The position numbers and the translations under genes are program-made. Below, piece after piece: positions 21,368 through 31,859 of a DNA stretch of 31,859 bases (the stretch's first letter is position 1; each line of letters starts with the position of its first letter). The DNA is from Octopus sinensis (taxonomy: Eukaryota): NCBI RefSeq assembly GCF_006345805.1, contig NW_021832196.1:1-31859 (forward strand). Reading direction: 5' to 3'. The notes beneath the pieces are model-generated. The model had not been told where the DNA came from. It worked only from the letters and a program-made list of their open reading frames with translations, and ran no database searches.

Positions 21368-21785
21368 ATCCACCTAGTTGTAAGTAGGTACCACAATTCA
21401 TTGCTGTAACCTGTAGCTAGGTCTTTAACACTTAATGGTGCAGCCTACTTAGATATAAATGCATATCATATGGTGCATAGACCACCAAGTTGTAAATATG
21501 CTCCATTTGGAAGTAGAGACTATCTATTTGCAAATAGGTACCGTATAGAGATACAAACCGTGCAAATAAGCATAATATGGAGACAAAGACTATCTGGATA
21601 TAAAAAGGTATTATAAAGAAGTACAGACCATTAGAATACGAACAAGTAACATATAGAGATACAGGCCATGAACTATAAATTGGCACCAGTTGGAGAGACA
21701 AATCAATCTAGCCGTTAATAAGTACAATGTAGATGTAGAGTTCATCTGGCTGTAAATAGACACCATGCAAATGTACATTCAAGTC
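21368..21785. repeat. Degenerate ~38-bp tandem array 2 (same family as array 1)
   Basis: Starts CCACCTAGTTGTAAGTAGGTACCACAAT, nearly identical to the array 1 consensus. Roughly 38-bp spacing continues with higher divergence. Confidence 0.65.
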
Positions 21786-22360
21786 TGCTCAACTGAAAAC
21801 GAGTTCCAGCGGCAGCTAAAGGTTAATATTGCGATTGACTGGTCTCCTGTTCAGGAAGGCATTTTGTAATCTCAGTCGCTGAAAACCAGGAAAGGCTCCG
21901 AGTTAACAGGACTATATATATCACTTGATTGGCTGAAAGATGTGTATTCAGTTTTCTTGACATTTGTATGCAATCCAAATTTAGCAACTGCAAGCATATT
22001 ACTGGGCCACTGATATTCATATACTGTATATGTATAACTATTGGCTACAATATTTTCCATACTATCGTTTCACTAATATTGTACAGACTATAATATACTG
22101 TTTCTACGTAACCATTGGTTACAATATTTCTTATACCATCATACCATAGTATATTGTAGAGATATTAATATATTGCTGATGTGTAACATATCATTGTACT
22201 TGAAGTATTGTAAGATCATCAACTGTTGTAATATGATGTAGCACAATTGCAAACAGTTAAAGTGCAAGCGTATCTCCTTGTAGCACCCCAGCTAGTATTT
22301 GAAAGAATTCCACTTCTCTGTCACACGACAACACACGACCTCTGGTCATCTTGTAGGTCC

Positions 22361-22512
22361 TTTTAAGTAGTTGGATAAGCAGTTTGGAAGCAGACATCAA
22401 GATCAGGAAGGCACAAGTATGGACAAGCTGTCACAAACTAAAGGTCTGGAACTCCAAATTGCCCCAGCAAATCAAAATCAAGCTGTTCACTGCAACTGTC
22501 GAATCACCATTA
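22361..22512 (+). mobile_element. RTE-clade LINE reverse-transcriptase C-terminal fragment
   Basis: The frame starting at 22393 reads DIKIRKAQVWTSCHKLKVWNSKLPQQIKIKLFTATVESPL, matching the RTE pattern DIxxRxAxAW....L..IW.S.L...xKxRLF.A.VESxLLYG. A decayed FKYLG lies upstream. This frame differs from the listed 22371-22616 ORF. Confidence 0.8.
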
Positions 22513-22988
22513 CAATTACCACTTCCTTTATTTTCAATCAGAAAATGAAACATAATTTAAATACAATAGGAAAATTGTTATTAATTTTTCCATCAACCAC
22601 TCCCTATGAATCCTGAAATTTCGACTTTTTTGAAAATTTTTTAATCGTAGTTCTAAAATACGGACAGTCCGATTCTACAAATTGTTTCTGCTTATAATTT
22701 CAAACTAATTTTTGATGAAAAGGTGCATGATTTAAGGAAGATTTAGCTGCTGGTTCTTGAACACCCCACGACCAGCTGGTATTTTCCATTTTTGTGAGGG
22801 TCTTTTTGTTACTCTGTCAAATATTGATATCTTTCAAAATTGTTCTCCCCATAAATACATTTTATGCAAAGATGATGCGGTGGTCCATTGTTGATTTAGA
22901 CAACAACAAAATTTTGCGATTTAAATTTTTAACTCCTACTCCGCACCAAGCGAGTCTGAGTGTGAGAGTGGGTGAGTGTGTGTGCGTG

Positions 22989-23044
<56 letters not shown>

Positions 23045-23931
23045 TACAAGAAAAAACATATTTACTAACAGTAAAGTATGCTATTAAAATAAATTATCTT
23101 TTATATATCTTTTTTAAATCACTCTCTCATCATACTGAAATTCCTTACACACATGCAAACACACGCATTTACAGAAACTGAGAGAGAGTCTGGTAACTAT
23201 TTAGAGAGGGGGGAAAATCCACAATGAATTTGGCGAAAACTGAAAGGGATAGACAAATAGAGAAGGAGAAGTCTTTTCTGTTGCAGTCACAGATTTTGAA
23301 ATCCTAAAATTAAGTGAATTTTTCAAATTTAGCATATTGATGTACTTTTTCATGGTGAGTCCGATTTTGTGGTTCCAAAAAATCCATTATCCTAGAAAAA
23401 TTTTAGAAAAATGTTACAGAGGTTTTAAGTTTGATAATTTTTACCCAATCAGGAAACAGGATTTGGAAGCTAGCATTTTGTGCGTAATTAGCTGTGTATC
23501 ATAAAATGAAAGTAAACATTACAAAACGAAAATTTAAACACAATGAAAGCAATGCATGAGAGATAATACATATACAGAGTGAGTGAGAGAGAGAGAGAGA
23601 AAGAGTTAGTAAGTGAGTGAGTGAGAAAGAGGGTGTTAAAAATATACAGAGAGTGGTTGGCATAAAACAGAGAAAGCTGATGGTGACAGATAGAAAGTGG
23701 AAGATTTGTTGAGTTACTTTTCGGAGGAAATTATATTTTATGATTATTATTTACCAGCAACCTTCTCAATGGGACGCAGATTTCGAAAATCAAATTCGTT
23801 TTTCTCGAGGACATATTGTTTCAGAGCCTTTCAGGGTTTAACGCGCCACACACATACACACCCAACATACATACACACACACACACACACACAAATATAT
23901 ATGTATCTCTCTCTCTCTCTCTCTCTCTCTC

Positions 23932-23988
<57 letters not shown>

Positions 23989-24109
23989 ATATACATGTAT
24001 TTATATATGTATATGTGTGTATGTATAGATATGCATACATGTGTGTGTGTAATCACTTTCTAATAGAGTATAAAGGCTTTCATTGTATTTTTCCATAGCC
24101 TTCCATTTT

Positions 24110-24270
24110 GCATTTACTATCCAATTCTTATCTCTATCCTGTTCCTTTTCGCGGCCACTTGGAGTCCAGTCGGTCAGCTTTTACACCTACTTGGACGGAC
24201 AGATCCATCTCAATTCCTTTTCAACTGAATGACCATGTCATGCAGTTTTCTTTGTTTTCATATGAATGTT
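24110..24270 (-). mobile_element. Possible ancient RTE C-terminal fragment
   Basis: One minus frame from 24240 reads *HGHSVEKELRWICPSK*V*KLTDWTPSGR, resembling W.GHV.R...W.P.G.R.RGRP. It has several stops, so the match is weak. Confidence 0.35.
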
Positions 24271-24764
24271 ATAATGTTACAGACTTTCCATAATATTTCA
24301 TGTCCAAAGTCTTCGTGGCATGCTGATGCATAGTGCATGTTATTTAGTTCTATATTTCTGCATACAATTCGTATTATTTGTCTCGTTTGTAGACCGATGA
24401 ATATTTCACTATTAAAAATGGAACTTATGCTTCCTTAGGCTCACCAGTCAGTGTAATTTACCTTCTAGTTTCATTTTTCCTTATTTAGTTGTGTTATTAA
24501 TGAACTGGCTATGATACATTGGTTACGGGATATTTTTCTGGTAATATGCCTTATGTGTACTTTTTTGTTTTATGTACTAATTCATGAAAAGTAGGTTCGT
24601 TGGCAATAGGTTTCCAGTGATTCATTCACTAGTTCATACCATTTCTGATGCTGCCAGTAACAAGGGAATCTCCACGTTTCAGTGTGAAGAAACAAGTATC
24701 AAAGGCAGAATATCCAAGAAGCACAGACTTTTCAATTTCCCAATTTCGATGATTATATGCATGC

Positions 24765-24785
24765 ATATATATATATGCATGCATA

Positions 24786-24818
<33 letters not shown>

Positions 24819-24932
24819 CATACAATATACATCATACATACATACATACATACATGTATGTATGTAATATAAATTACATATATAATATATATATATATGT
24901 ATATATGTATATATATGAATATATATATATTA

Positions 24933-24967
<35 letters not shown>

Positions 24968-25065
24968 AATATATATATATTTATATATATATATATTATA
25001 TATATATTATATATATATTATATATATATATATTTATATATATAATATTATATATATGCATGCAT
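24765..25065. repeat. Compound (TA)n microsatellite
   Basis: Direct reading. Confidence 0.93.
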
Positions 25066-25146
25066 GTATACATATATGCATGGACGTTTGTACGTATGCA
25101 TGCATAAATATAGCATATTATAATAGATACACATATATGTATTATA

Positions 25147-25185
<39 letters not shown>

Positions 25186-25244
25186 TGTGTGTGTGTGTAC
25201 ATGTACAGACAGACAGCAGATAGATAGATATAATGGTGTAGAAA

Positions 25245-25490
25245 AGCATGGCTTAGTGGTTGGGGAGTTGCACTTATGACCGCAAGATTGTGGTTTCGAT
25301 TCCGAGTATCAGCGATACAGTATGTTCTTAAGCAAATCACTTCATTTAATGCTGATCTTGTCCGCTCTGCTGGTACAAATGAGTAAACCTGCGACAAGCC
25401 GGAATCCCGTTCAATGTGAGGAATATATAAGCCACAGAATGCGGGAAAACTGGCCGCATGAGCCTGACTCAGGAGGGACTCTGATCCTCT
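25245..25490 (+). mobile_element. tRNA-derived SINE combining family X CORE-like and family Y V-like/tail modules (family Z here)
   Basis: A-box TGGCTTAGTGG (25249-25259), B-box GGTTTCGATTCC (25292-25303), TGTTCTTAAGCAAATCACTT...AAATGAGTAAACCTGCGAC, and tail GCCACAGAATGCGGGAAAACTGG. Confidence 0.75.
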
Positions 25491-26121
25491 GATATAGAAG
25501 GGTACAGCGTACATACACTTACTCGCATTCGCACACACGACGAAGTATTGGTTTTGTGGATTATGTAGTGGACCACCCAACAGGCGTATAAAAAGACGCA
25601 TAACTAAGTATGCATGTAAGCGCTGTATGTTTGTGTTTGTGTGTATGAATGTATATATACGTCTGTACATCTGTATGTACACAGACATATTCATATATAT
25701 ATATATATATATACGTATTTATATATGCATTTCAGACATTTGCTTAGTAACTACAAGTCCCGCCTCCAACAACAGCTTCACCACACTATACCCACTGTAC
25801 TGTTGTCTCTCTACTGTAGATACCTGTACACACACTTCCACCTACCATTAACACAACCAGGTGTCTTGTGTCATTCTACTCCATACAAGTCAAACTGTCT
25901 CAATTAATAACTGGTATTGATAGAGTGGCAGAGGTGATTATGGTGGTAGTGGTGATAGTTATGGTTTATGGTGACGGTGGTGCCGAGGCGGCAGAGGTGA
26001 TGATAATGTGGTGGTGATCCTGATGATGCTAAGTTATTGTGGTGAAGGTGGCGGCGACGGTGATGGAGGTGGTGGTGGTGGTGGTGGTGGTGGTGGTTAG
26101 GGAGTGCTTTGTAGAATTTAA

Positions 26122-26191
26122 TTACGTCATTTTACGTCATTACTCAATCCAAGTTAGGTTTTGCTGGCCACTGCTTAAGCTAGCCAATCAG
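26122..26191 (+). promoter_or_regulatory. Possible bZIP (CRE-like) site pair plus CCAAT box
   Basis: TTACGTCA at 26122-26129 and 26132-26139, and AGCCAATCAG at 26182-26191. Motif match only. Confidence 0.25.
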
Positions 26192-26871
26192 AATTTATAC
26201 TTTGGAGATTTATGCACACCAAAAGAGACTGAGGTCCACTAACTACATAGATATGATCGGCAGACACACAACGTGAAACTGAGGACGAATCAAAGTTAAA
26301 GGAGGACAGATAATCATGGCACGGTGTGGTGAAATGGATCTTGGTTTCGGCCGCTTCAAGAAAACTGTGTTAGTAGTTGTGAACTTAATGGTGGTGGTGG
26401 TGGTGGTAGTGACGTCCACAGCGGCAGCAGCGTTGTGGTGTGGTAGAGCTATTTACAAAAAGAAAAGAACAGTATTGTTATTGATATAATAATCCACCTC
26501 CACAAAGCCCTTATCAACATTTCCACCACCACCCTCAATCTACCCACTCCCTGTGCAAGACATTTTGCTCACAGCTCTCAGAACAATGGTCACACAATGA
26601 TGTGACGTCGACAGTGCTGGTTGGTGGTAATGGTGGAGGCGATGGTGTCGTAGTTGACATTATGATTATAGTGACGTCGGCAGTGGTGATGGTAATGGTG
26701 CTAATAGTGATGACAGAGTTGAATGGTCGTGGTGGTAGATGGGATGGACGTGGTCATTATAGTGGTGAGGTGGTGACAGTGACTATAGTGGTGTTGGCAA
26801 GGTTGATTACGTGTACTAAGTGTATATGTATATATTAATACACGCACGCACCACGCACGCACACACACACA

Positions 26872-26953
<82 letters not shown>

Positions 26954-27116
26954 CAGATATACTTATACATACATACACAACATACCTATGCAGGGGCTTC
27001 GCTATATACACTAGTTGGTACATATCGCCTACACACACATTACCGATTATAACAATCTCTCATTGTCAAATAGTGTCAAAAACATAAAATACATATATAG
27101 AAACATACACGTGCAC

Positions 27117-27151
<35 letters not shown>

Positions 27152-27426
27152 CACACACACAAACGCAGAAAGTCGATTTTCCAACATGGCCTTGGCTGAG
27201 AAGACAAAAATAAACGAAAGAACTTAAGAACAAAGAACATACACATACACATATATGACATAGATATATAAACATAAACACACGCACGCACACAAGCACA
27301 CACCCATACATACATACATACATACATACATACATACATACATACATACATACATACATACAATAACACATGCACATATATATACATACATAAATATATG
27401 CATACATATAGACATAAACACACATA

Positions 27427-27702
27427 GGCGTAGTTGTGCATTAAGAGGCTTGCTTCTCAACTATACGGTCCCAGGTTCAGTTCCACTGCCTGTCTTCTAC
27501 TTTAGCCTTACGCCGACAAAAGCCTTGTGAGTGGATCTGGTCGACAGGAACCGAAAGAACAGTCATGTACACACACTCACACATACACACACAAACACAC
27601 AGACACACGTACATATGTATATACATATAGACATACACATATATATGTCTATATGTACATGAATATATGCGTGAGTGTGTGTATACATATAGATGTATGC
27701 AC

Positions 27703-27737
<35 letters not shown>

Positions 27738-27985
27738 CGTGTGTGTGTGCATATGTCTGTGTATGTCTGTATTTGTCCCCCACCAACGTTTGACAACTTG
27801 TGTTGGTTTGTTTATGTCCCCGTGATATAATATAAGATAAAAATTTTTTAAAAAACAATAGAACAAGTACCAGGTTTTTTAAAAAAAGTACTGAGGTCGA
27901 TTGGTTCGACTAAATTTCCTCAAGGCGATGCCGCTGCATAGCCGAAGTCTAATGACTGAAACAAAAGATAAAATATAAAAGATAC
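27427..27985 (+). mobile_element. SINE family B, full length with ~200-bp internal microsatellite
   Basis: Head GGCGTAGTTGTG...CCAGGTTCAGTTCCAC and AAAGCCTTGTGAGTGGATCTGGTCGACAGGAACCGAAAGAA. A CA/TA/TG tract spans about 27566-27770. It continues TTTGTCCCCCACCAACGTTTGACAAC...GAGGTCGATTGGTTCGAC, with tail GGCGATGCCGCTGCATAGCCG...GACTGAAACAAAAGATAAAA. Confidence 0.85.
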
Positions 27986-28261
27986 ATACTACATATTCTA
28001 CATATACATACTACATATACATAGATATTCATACACATACATATATATACATACATATACACTCACACACAAATAAACACACTCATACACCAACATACAA
28101 TCACGCCCGCGTGTTTACGTGGTGGAAGTCAACTGATGTCCGAATACCACAACTTCTTAAACACAGTTGGCATCTCTTAGAGAGCAGCAACGGAACAAGT
28201 CTTTGCGCGTGTAACTGAAACATGTAAAAATATATATATACATACATAAATATATACATAT

Positions 28262-28325
<64 letters not shown>

Positions 28326-29384
28326 CTATATATATATATACGGACATATATATGCATACTATACACATACTGATATCCACACACAAGTGCACATATATGA
28401 ACGTGTAAAACCTACTTACCTGCCTACACACACACATACACACATATGCATGCATGCATACATACATACATACATACATACATACATACATACATACATA
28501 CATACATACATACATACATACATACATACATACATGCATAAGCCTGAAAATATTAGTATAAAGTGTTGCCTCTGTTACACTGATGACTATTACGTCACGT
28601 CTTTTCTCTAAGATTATGCTTCTGCTACCCGAGGACAAGGGATTGCTAACAAACTATCAAATGATCACAAGAGACAGCGAATCCCTTTAACAACCAAGAT
28701 GCAGCCGAAAATGTCGATTATATCACATTTCTGTGGCAGATATAATAATAGATGTGATCGGTAGCTACCGCTAAACATTATGATATTCCGTTTTAATGTG
28801 AAATGATGTTGCCAAATGGGATAAATATAGAGAATAACTCTGTCATTGAATATACCATGTATTAACGTAATTGCTATTACCATCAAGAATTCCATAAGTT
28901 GCGAACCAATTGCAAATATATAAAGGTCAGCTGCCCTGTACAGGTGAATATTTCTTTCGAAATCAGTAAGAGAGAATATTTACATACAACTACTTCAAAG
29001 CCTATTGTTTCTTTGTTTAAACTTTAAAAATCTCATAATTATAATTATTCATGCACTCAGCTATGATAGCAAATGTTTCAGTAGCAAGCACAAACAATAG
29101 AGCTTTCAAGGAAAGTTACCACTTAATGGTCATTTTATAAATATAATTTGTAAGCGGAACTGTAAATATGCGCAAGAATTCTAAAATTCAACATGGTACA
29201 CATACATAACATCTTAATTCCAGCAAAGTTTTTTTATGAGAGGAAGCATTCAAATACTTAGACAATATATATATTCACACATTCATTCGTTCATCCATGC
29301 ACAAATGATGACTGTCTACTCGTATCCAAAGAACATAAGCATGTAAGCAATAGTCTATCCGGAACTATGTTTTGATTATAGGGC

Positions 29385-29578
29385 AGGTCATTCAGCATGC
29401 TAGAAATAAAAGGACTGACCTCTCTCGAATAACATATTACGTTATCAAGAAGGAAAGAAATGTGTAAGATGAGATTTAGAGACATTATAGCTAAAACATT
29501 AAAGAAAAAACGATAATCACGGAATATCTTTCGTAATAGCTCTCTCCTGTTATGGTTAACATAGAGCTAAACAACAAG
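29385..29578 (-). mobile_element. Old headless ~200-bp repeat (diverged)
   Basis: The reverse complement starts TTGTTGTTTAGCTC...AAAGATATTCC and contains TATTTCTAGCATGCTGAATGACC. Confidence 0.45.
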
Positions 29579-30324
29579 ACCAACAACACATGTGTACTTC
29601 GTTTATCCGCGTGTAACATATGCATAAAGGAGTGTATATATATGGTAATAGTTTTAGGTTATGAATATATGTTCACTGATGTCTGCTTCCTTGCAATGTG
29701 TTTGTGATTGTGACTTAGAATGCATGAGTGTATTTACGCAACTTTGTGCATAATCACACATGTATATATATAAATATATACACACATACATACAAGTATA
29801 CACACATACACACACACACATATATATATATATACATATATACATATAGTATACATACATATAACATATACACACATACGCAAGTGTAATTAAATGTATT
29901 GGTGTGTGTGTATACATACATACATACATACATACATACCATACATTTATACGTGTACAAATGTATATGGAGGTATATAACTTTATCGATGTCTATTTTA
30001 GTGTTCACAACCACTTGTGAGTCATCAATAAAATCATACTGTACTTCTTGGAGTATTGAGTAATTAATTCTGAAAGTGAAAGCTTTTTGTTACGAGCAAC
30101 CACACATTGTATATACAAGTATGCATAGAAACATACATTCTTGCATACACACACACACATGTGTGTATATATATATATATATATATATCTATATGTATAT
30201 GTGTGTGTGTGTGTGTGTGTATACGTGCGTGTAGGTATGCATTATGTGTATATATATATAAATTTGTTTGTGTGTGTGCATGCGTGTGTGTTCATGTATA
30301 AGTAATTATACAAATTACGTATGT

Positions 30325-30489
30325 AATCAGCTGAAATTGTGAAGATATTCTGGTACTTGACTGAGGAAGTAAAATTTCGAATGGCCCGTCCTTGTTTTCT
30401 TTGTATCGTCTATCTGGATGTTTTTTTGTCCAATTTTTGTACACACCCAACTGTCCGGATGTTTTGCGTTCTTGTCCCATTTTGTATTA
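30325..30489 (+). mobile_element. Short (TA)n-linked repeat end, possibly Penelope-like (second copy)
   Basis: CTTGACTGAGGAAGTAAAATTTCGAATGGCCCGTCC...GTATCGTC...GTTCTTGTCCCATTTTGTATT followed at once by (TA)n. Homologous to 13426-13535. Confidence 0.5.
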
Positions 30490-30574
<85 letters not shown>

Positions 30575-30828
30575 ATATATGACGAATATATACTGAAAAA
30601 CTGACATCTCCACATAGTATTTGAGTGTGGAGGGTGGGGGTCGAGATGTTTAAATGTCTGTTTGCTTCTTTTTTCTTTGTTCTCCCAATAAGCATATACA
30701 CACACACTCACACAGACATTCGTACATGCATACATACATACATTGCCTACGTATATATGTGTGTGTGCGTGTGTGTGTGTGTGTGCGTTGGCGCGTGTAT
30801 ATATGAATGCGTGTACATATATATATAT

Positions 30829-30873
<45 letters not shown>

Positions 30874-31339
30874 GACTATACCTAACTATCTATTTACTAA
30901 CTTCTCTGTCCGCCTACATATCAATCTCTACCTATCTGTAGATTGTCTGTGGTCCGAAATGGAAAACTCCCAGTAGTTTGAGCAACTCGCAAAAACTTTA
31001 GCCCGAAAAAAAATTCTAACCAACTCTATTGACTTTTTCTATATTGCATGAACATGCTACAATTATACCAGCCCCCTCTCACAGACACAATATACATACA
31101 CATATATATATATATATATATAATAGTATGTTCATTCTTCCTAAAATCCCCTTTCTGCCGTCCTGTCATATGCAGCTCCTTAATGTCTGTCTTTTCAATT
31201 ATTATCAACATCTCTCCTCTCTCTCTCTCCTTCTTATTCTTTTACTCTTTTGATCCTTCTCACTCTACTCCCTATCGCTTTCTTCAACCACTTGTAAGAT
31301 TAACAAGAAATATATACCTGTTGTTCGTGATTTATTGCC

Positions 31340-31790
31340 GCATACCACACATCTCCTCACCACCACCATCACATAACACCACATACCACCACACACAGTC
31401 ACTATTTGCCACCATCATCACATATAACAGCCATGTGCATACCACTACATACCACCATCACCACTACGTCATGAAACCACTCCGACATACCACCACCACT
31501 ACTCAACGTACAAGAGAAAACAGTCAATTCTTCTTCACATCTCATCTTGCCACATTAACAAAAAAGAAGAAACTAGATTTCTTGCCCATTAGAAAGGGTG
31601 TGTTGTCACGAGTGGAATGTCTTTGGTCATATGCCTATTTGATCGGTGTTGACCTGAGTAGTTGTGGTAGTTGTAATAGTGGTGGCAGCCGTGCCACAAG
31701 CAACCATCATTACTACCACCACCACCACCACTACACCACTACTTTCACTACCACTACCGTCACAACCATGACTACTGCCATCATCATCAG
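31340..31790. repeat. CAC/ACT/CAT low-complexity tracts
   Basis: Direct reading. Confidence 0.8.
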
Positions 31791-31859
31791 CTTTCCTTTA
31801 AAAGGTCACTCGCTTCTTATTCCAAAGAAAATCTTCATGTTATACAAAACAGGTGCGTG

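Noticed and set aside
18607-21785. 38-bp palindromic repeats as a CRISPR-like array
   Set aside because: Units are contiguous with no unique spacers and are highly degenerate. No cas genes are present and the context is eukaryotic.
21860-21945. Minus-strand CCAAT, TATA-like and splice-acceptor motifs
   Set aside because: All three frames after the acceptor hit stops within about 20 codons, and the motif spacing is not promoter-like.
22560-23830. AT-rich segments with GTCCGATT and GATTTCGAAAATC motifs suggestive of MITE remnants
   Set aside because: No definable terminal inverted repeats or boundaries.
26316-26489. 57-codon ORF MARCGEMDLGFGRFKKTVLVVVNLMVVVVVVVTS... downstream of the CCAAT motif
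   Set aside because: The hydrophobic stretch comes from a (GTG)n microsatellite, and the resemblance to a membrane-protein N-terminus is superficial.

Overview
Eukaryotic, AT-rich, extremely microsatellite-dense DNA, probably intronic or intergenic. The repeat content matches what I recall of coleoid cephalopod (Octopus-like) genomes; this is inference, not a database result. I cannot support any host protein-coding gene, tRNA, rRNA or CRISPR array. Most long ORFs in the track are translations of (TA)n, (CA)n, (TACA)n or trinucleotide repeats. The window is a mosaic of decayed retroelements: about 20 tRNA-derived SINE copies from several modular families, and fragments of RTE, CR1 and R4/Dong-type (restriction-like endonuclease) LINEs. 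It also holds three copies of a ~550-bp non-coding element always bounded by (AAT)n-type tracts, about 13 copies of an old headless ~200-bp repeat, and two short (TA)n-linked Penelope-like ends. Tandem structure includes a 63/64-bp minisatellite forming a higher-order repeat and two degenerate 38-bp palindrome-bearing arrays. The best leads are the (AAT)n-anchored element pile-ups around the Dong/R4 fragment, a SINE/CR1 shared 3' tail, and an unexplained run of three abutting hairpins at 14590-14725. None of these is demonstrated to be novel. Element boundaries are read by eye and may be off by 10-20 bp.
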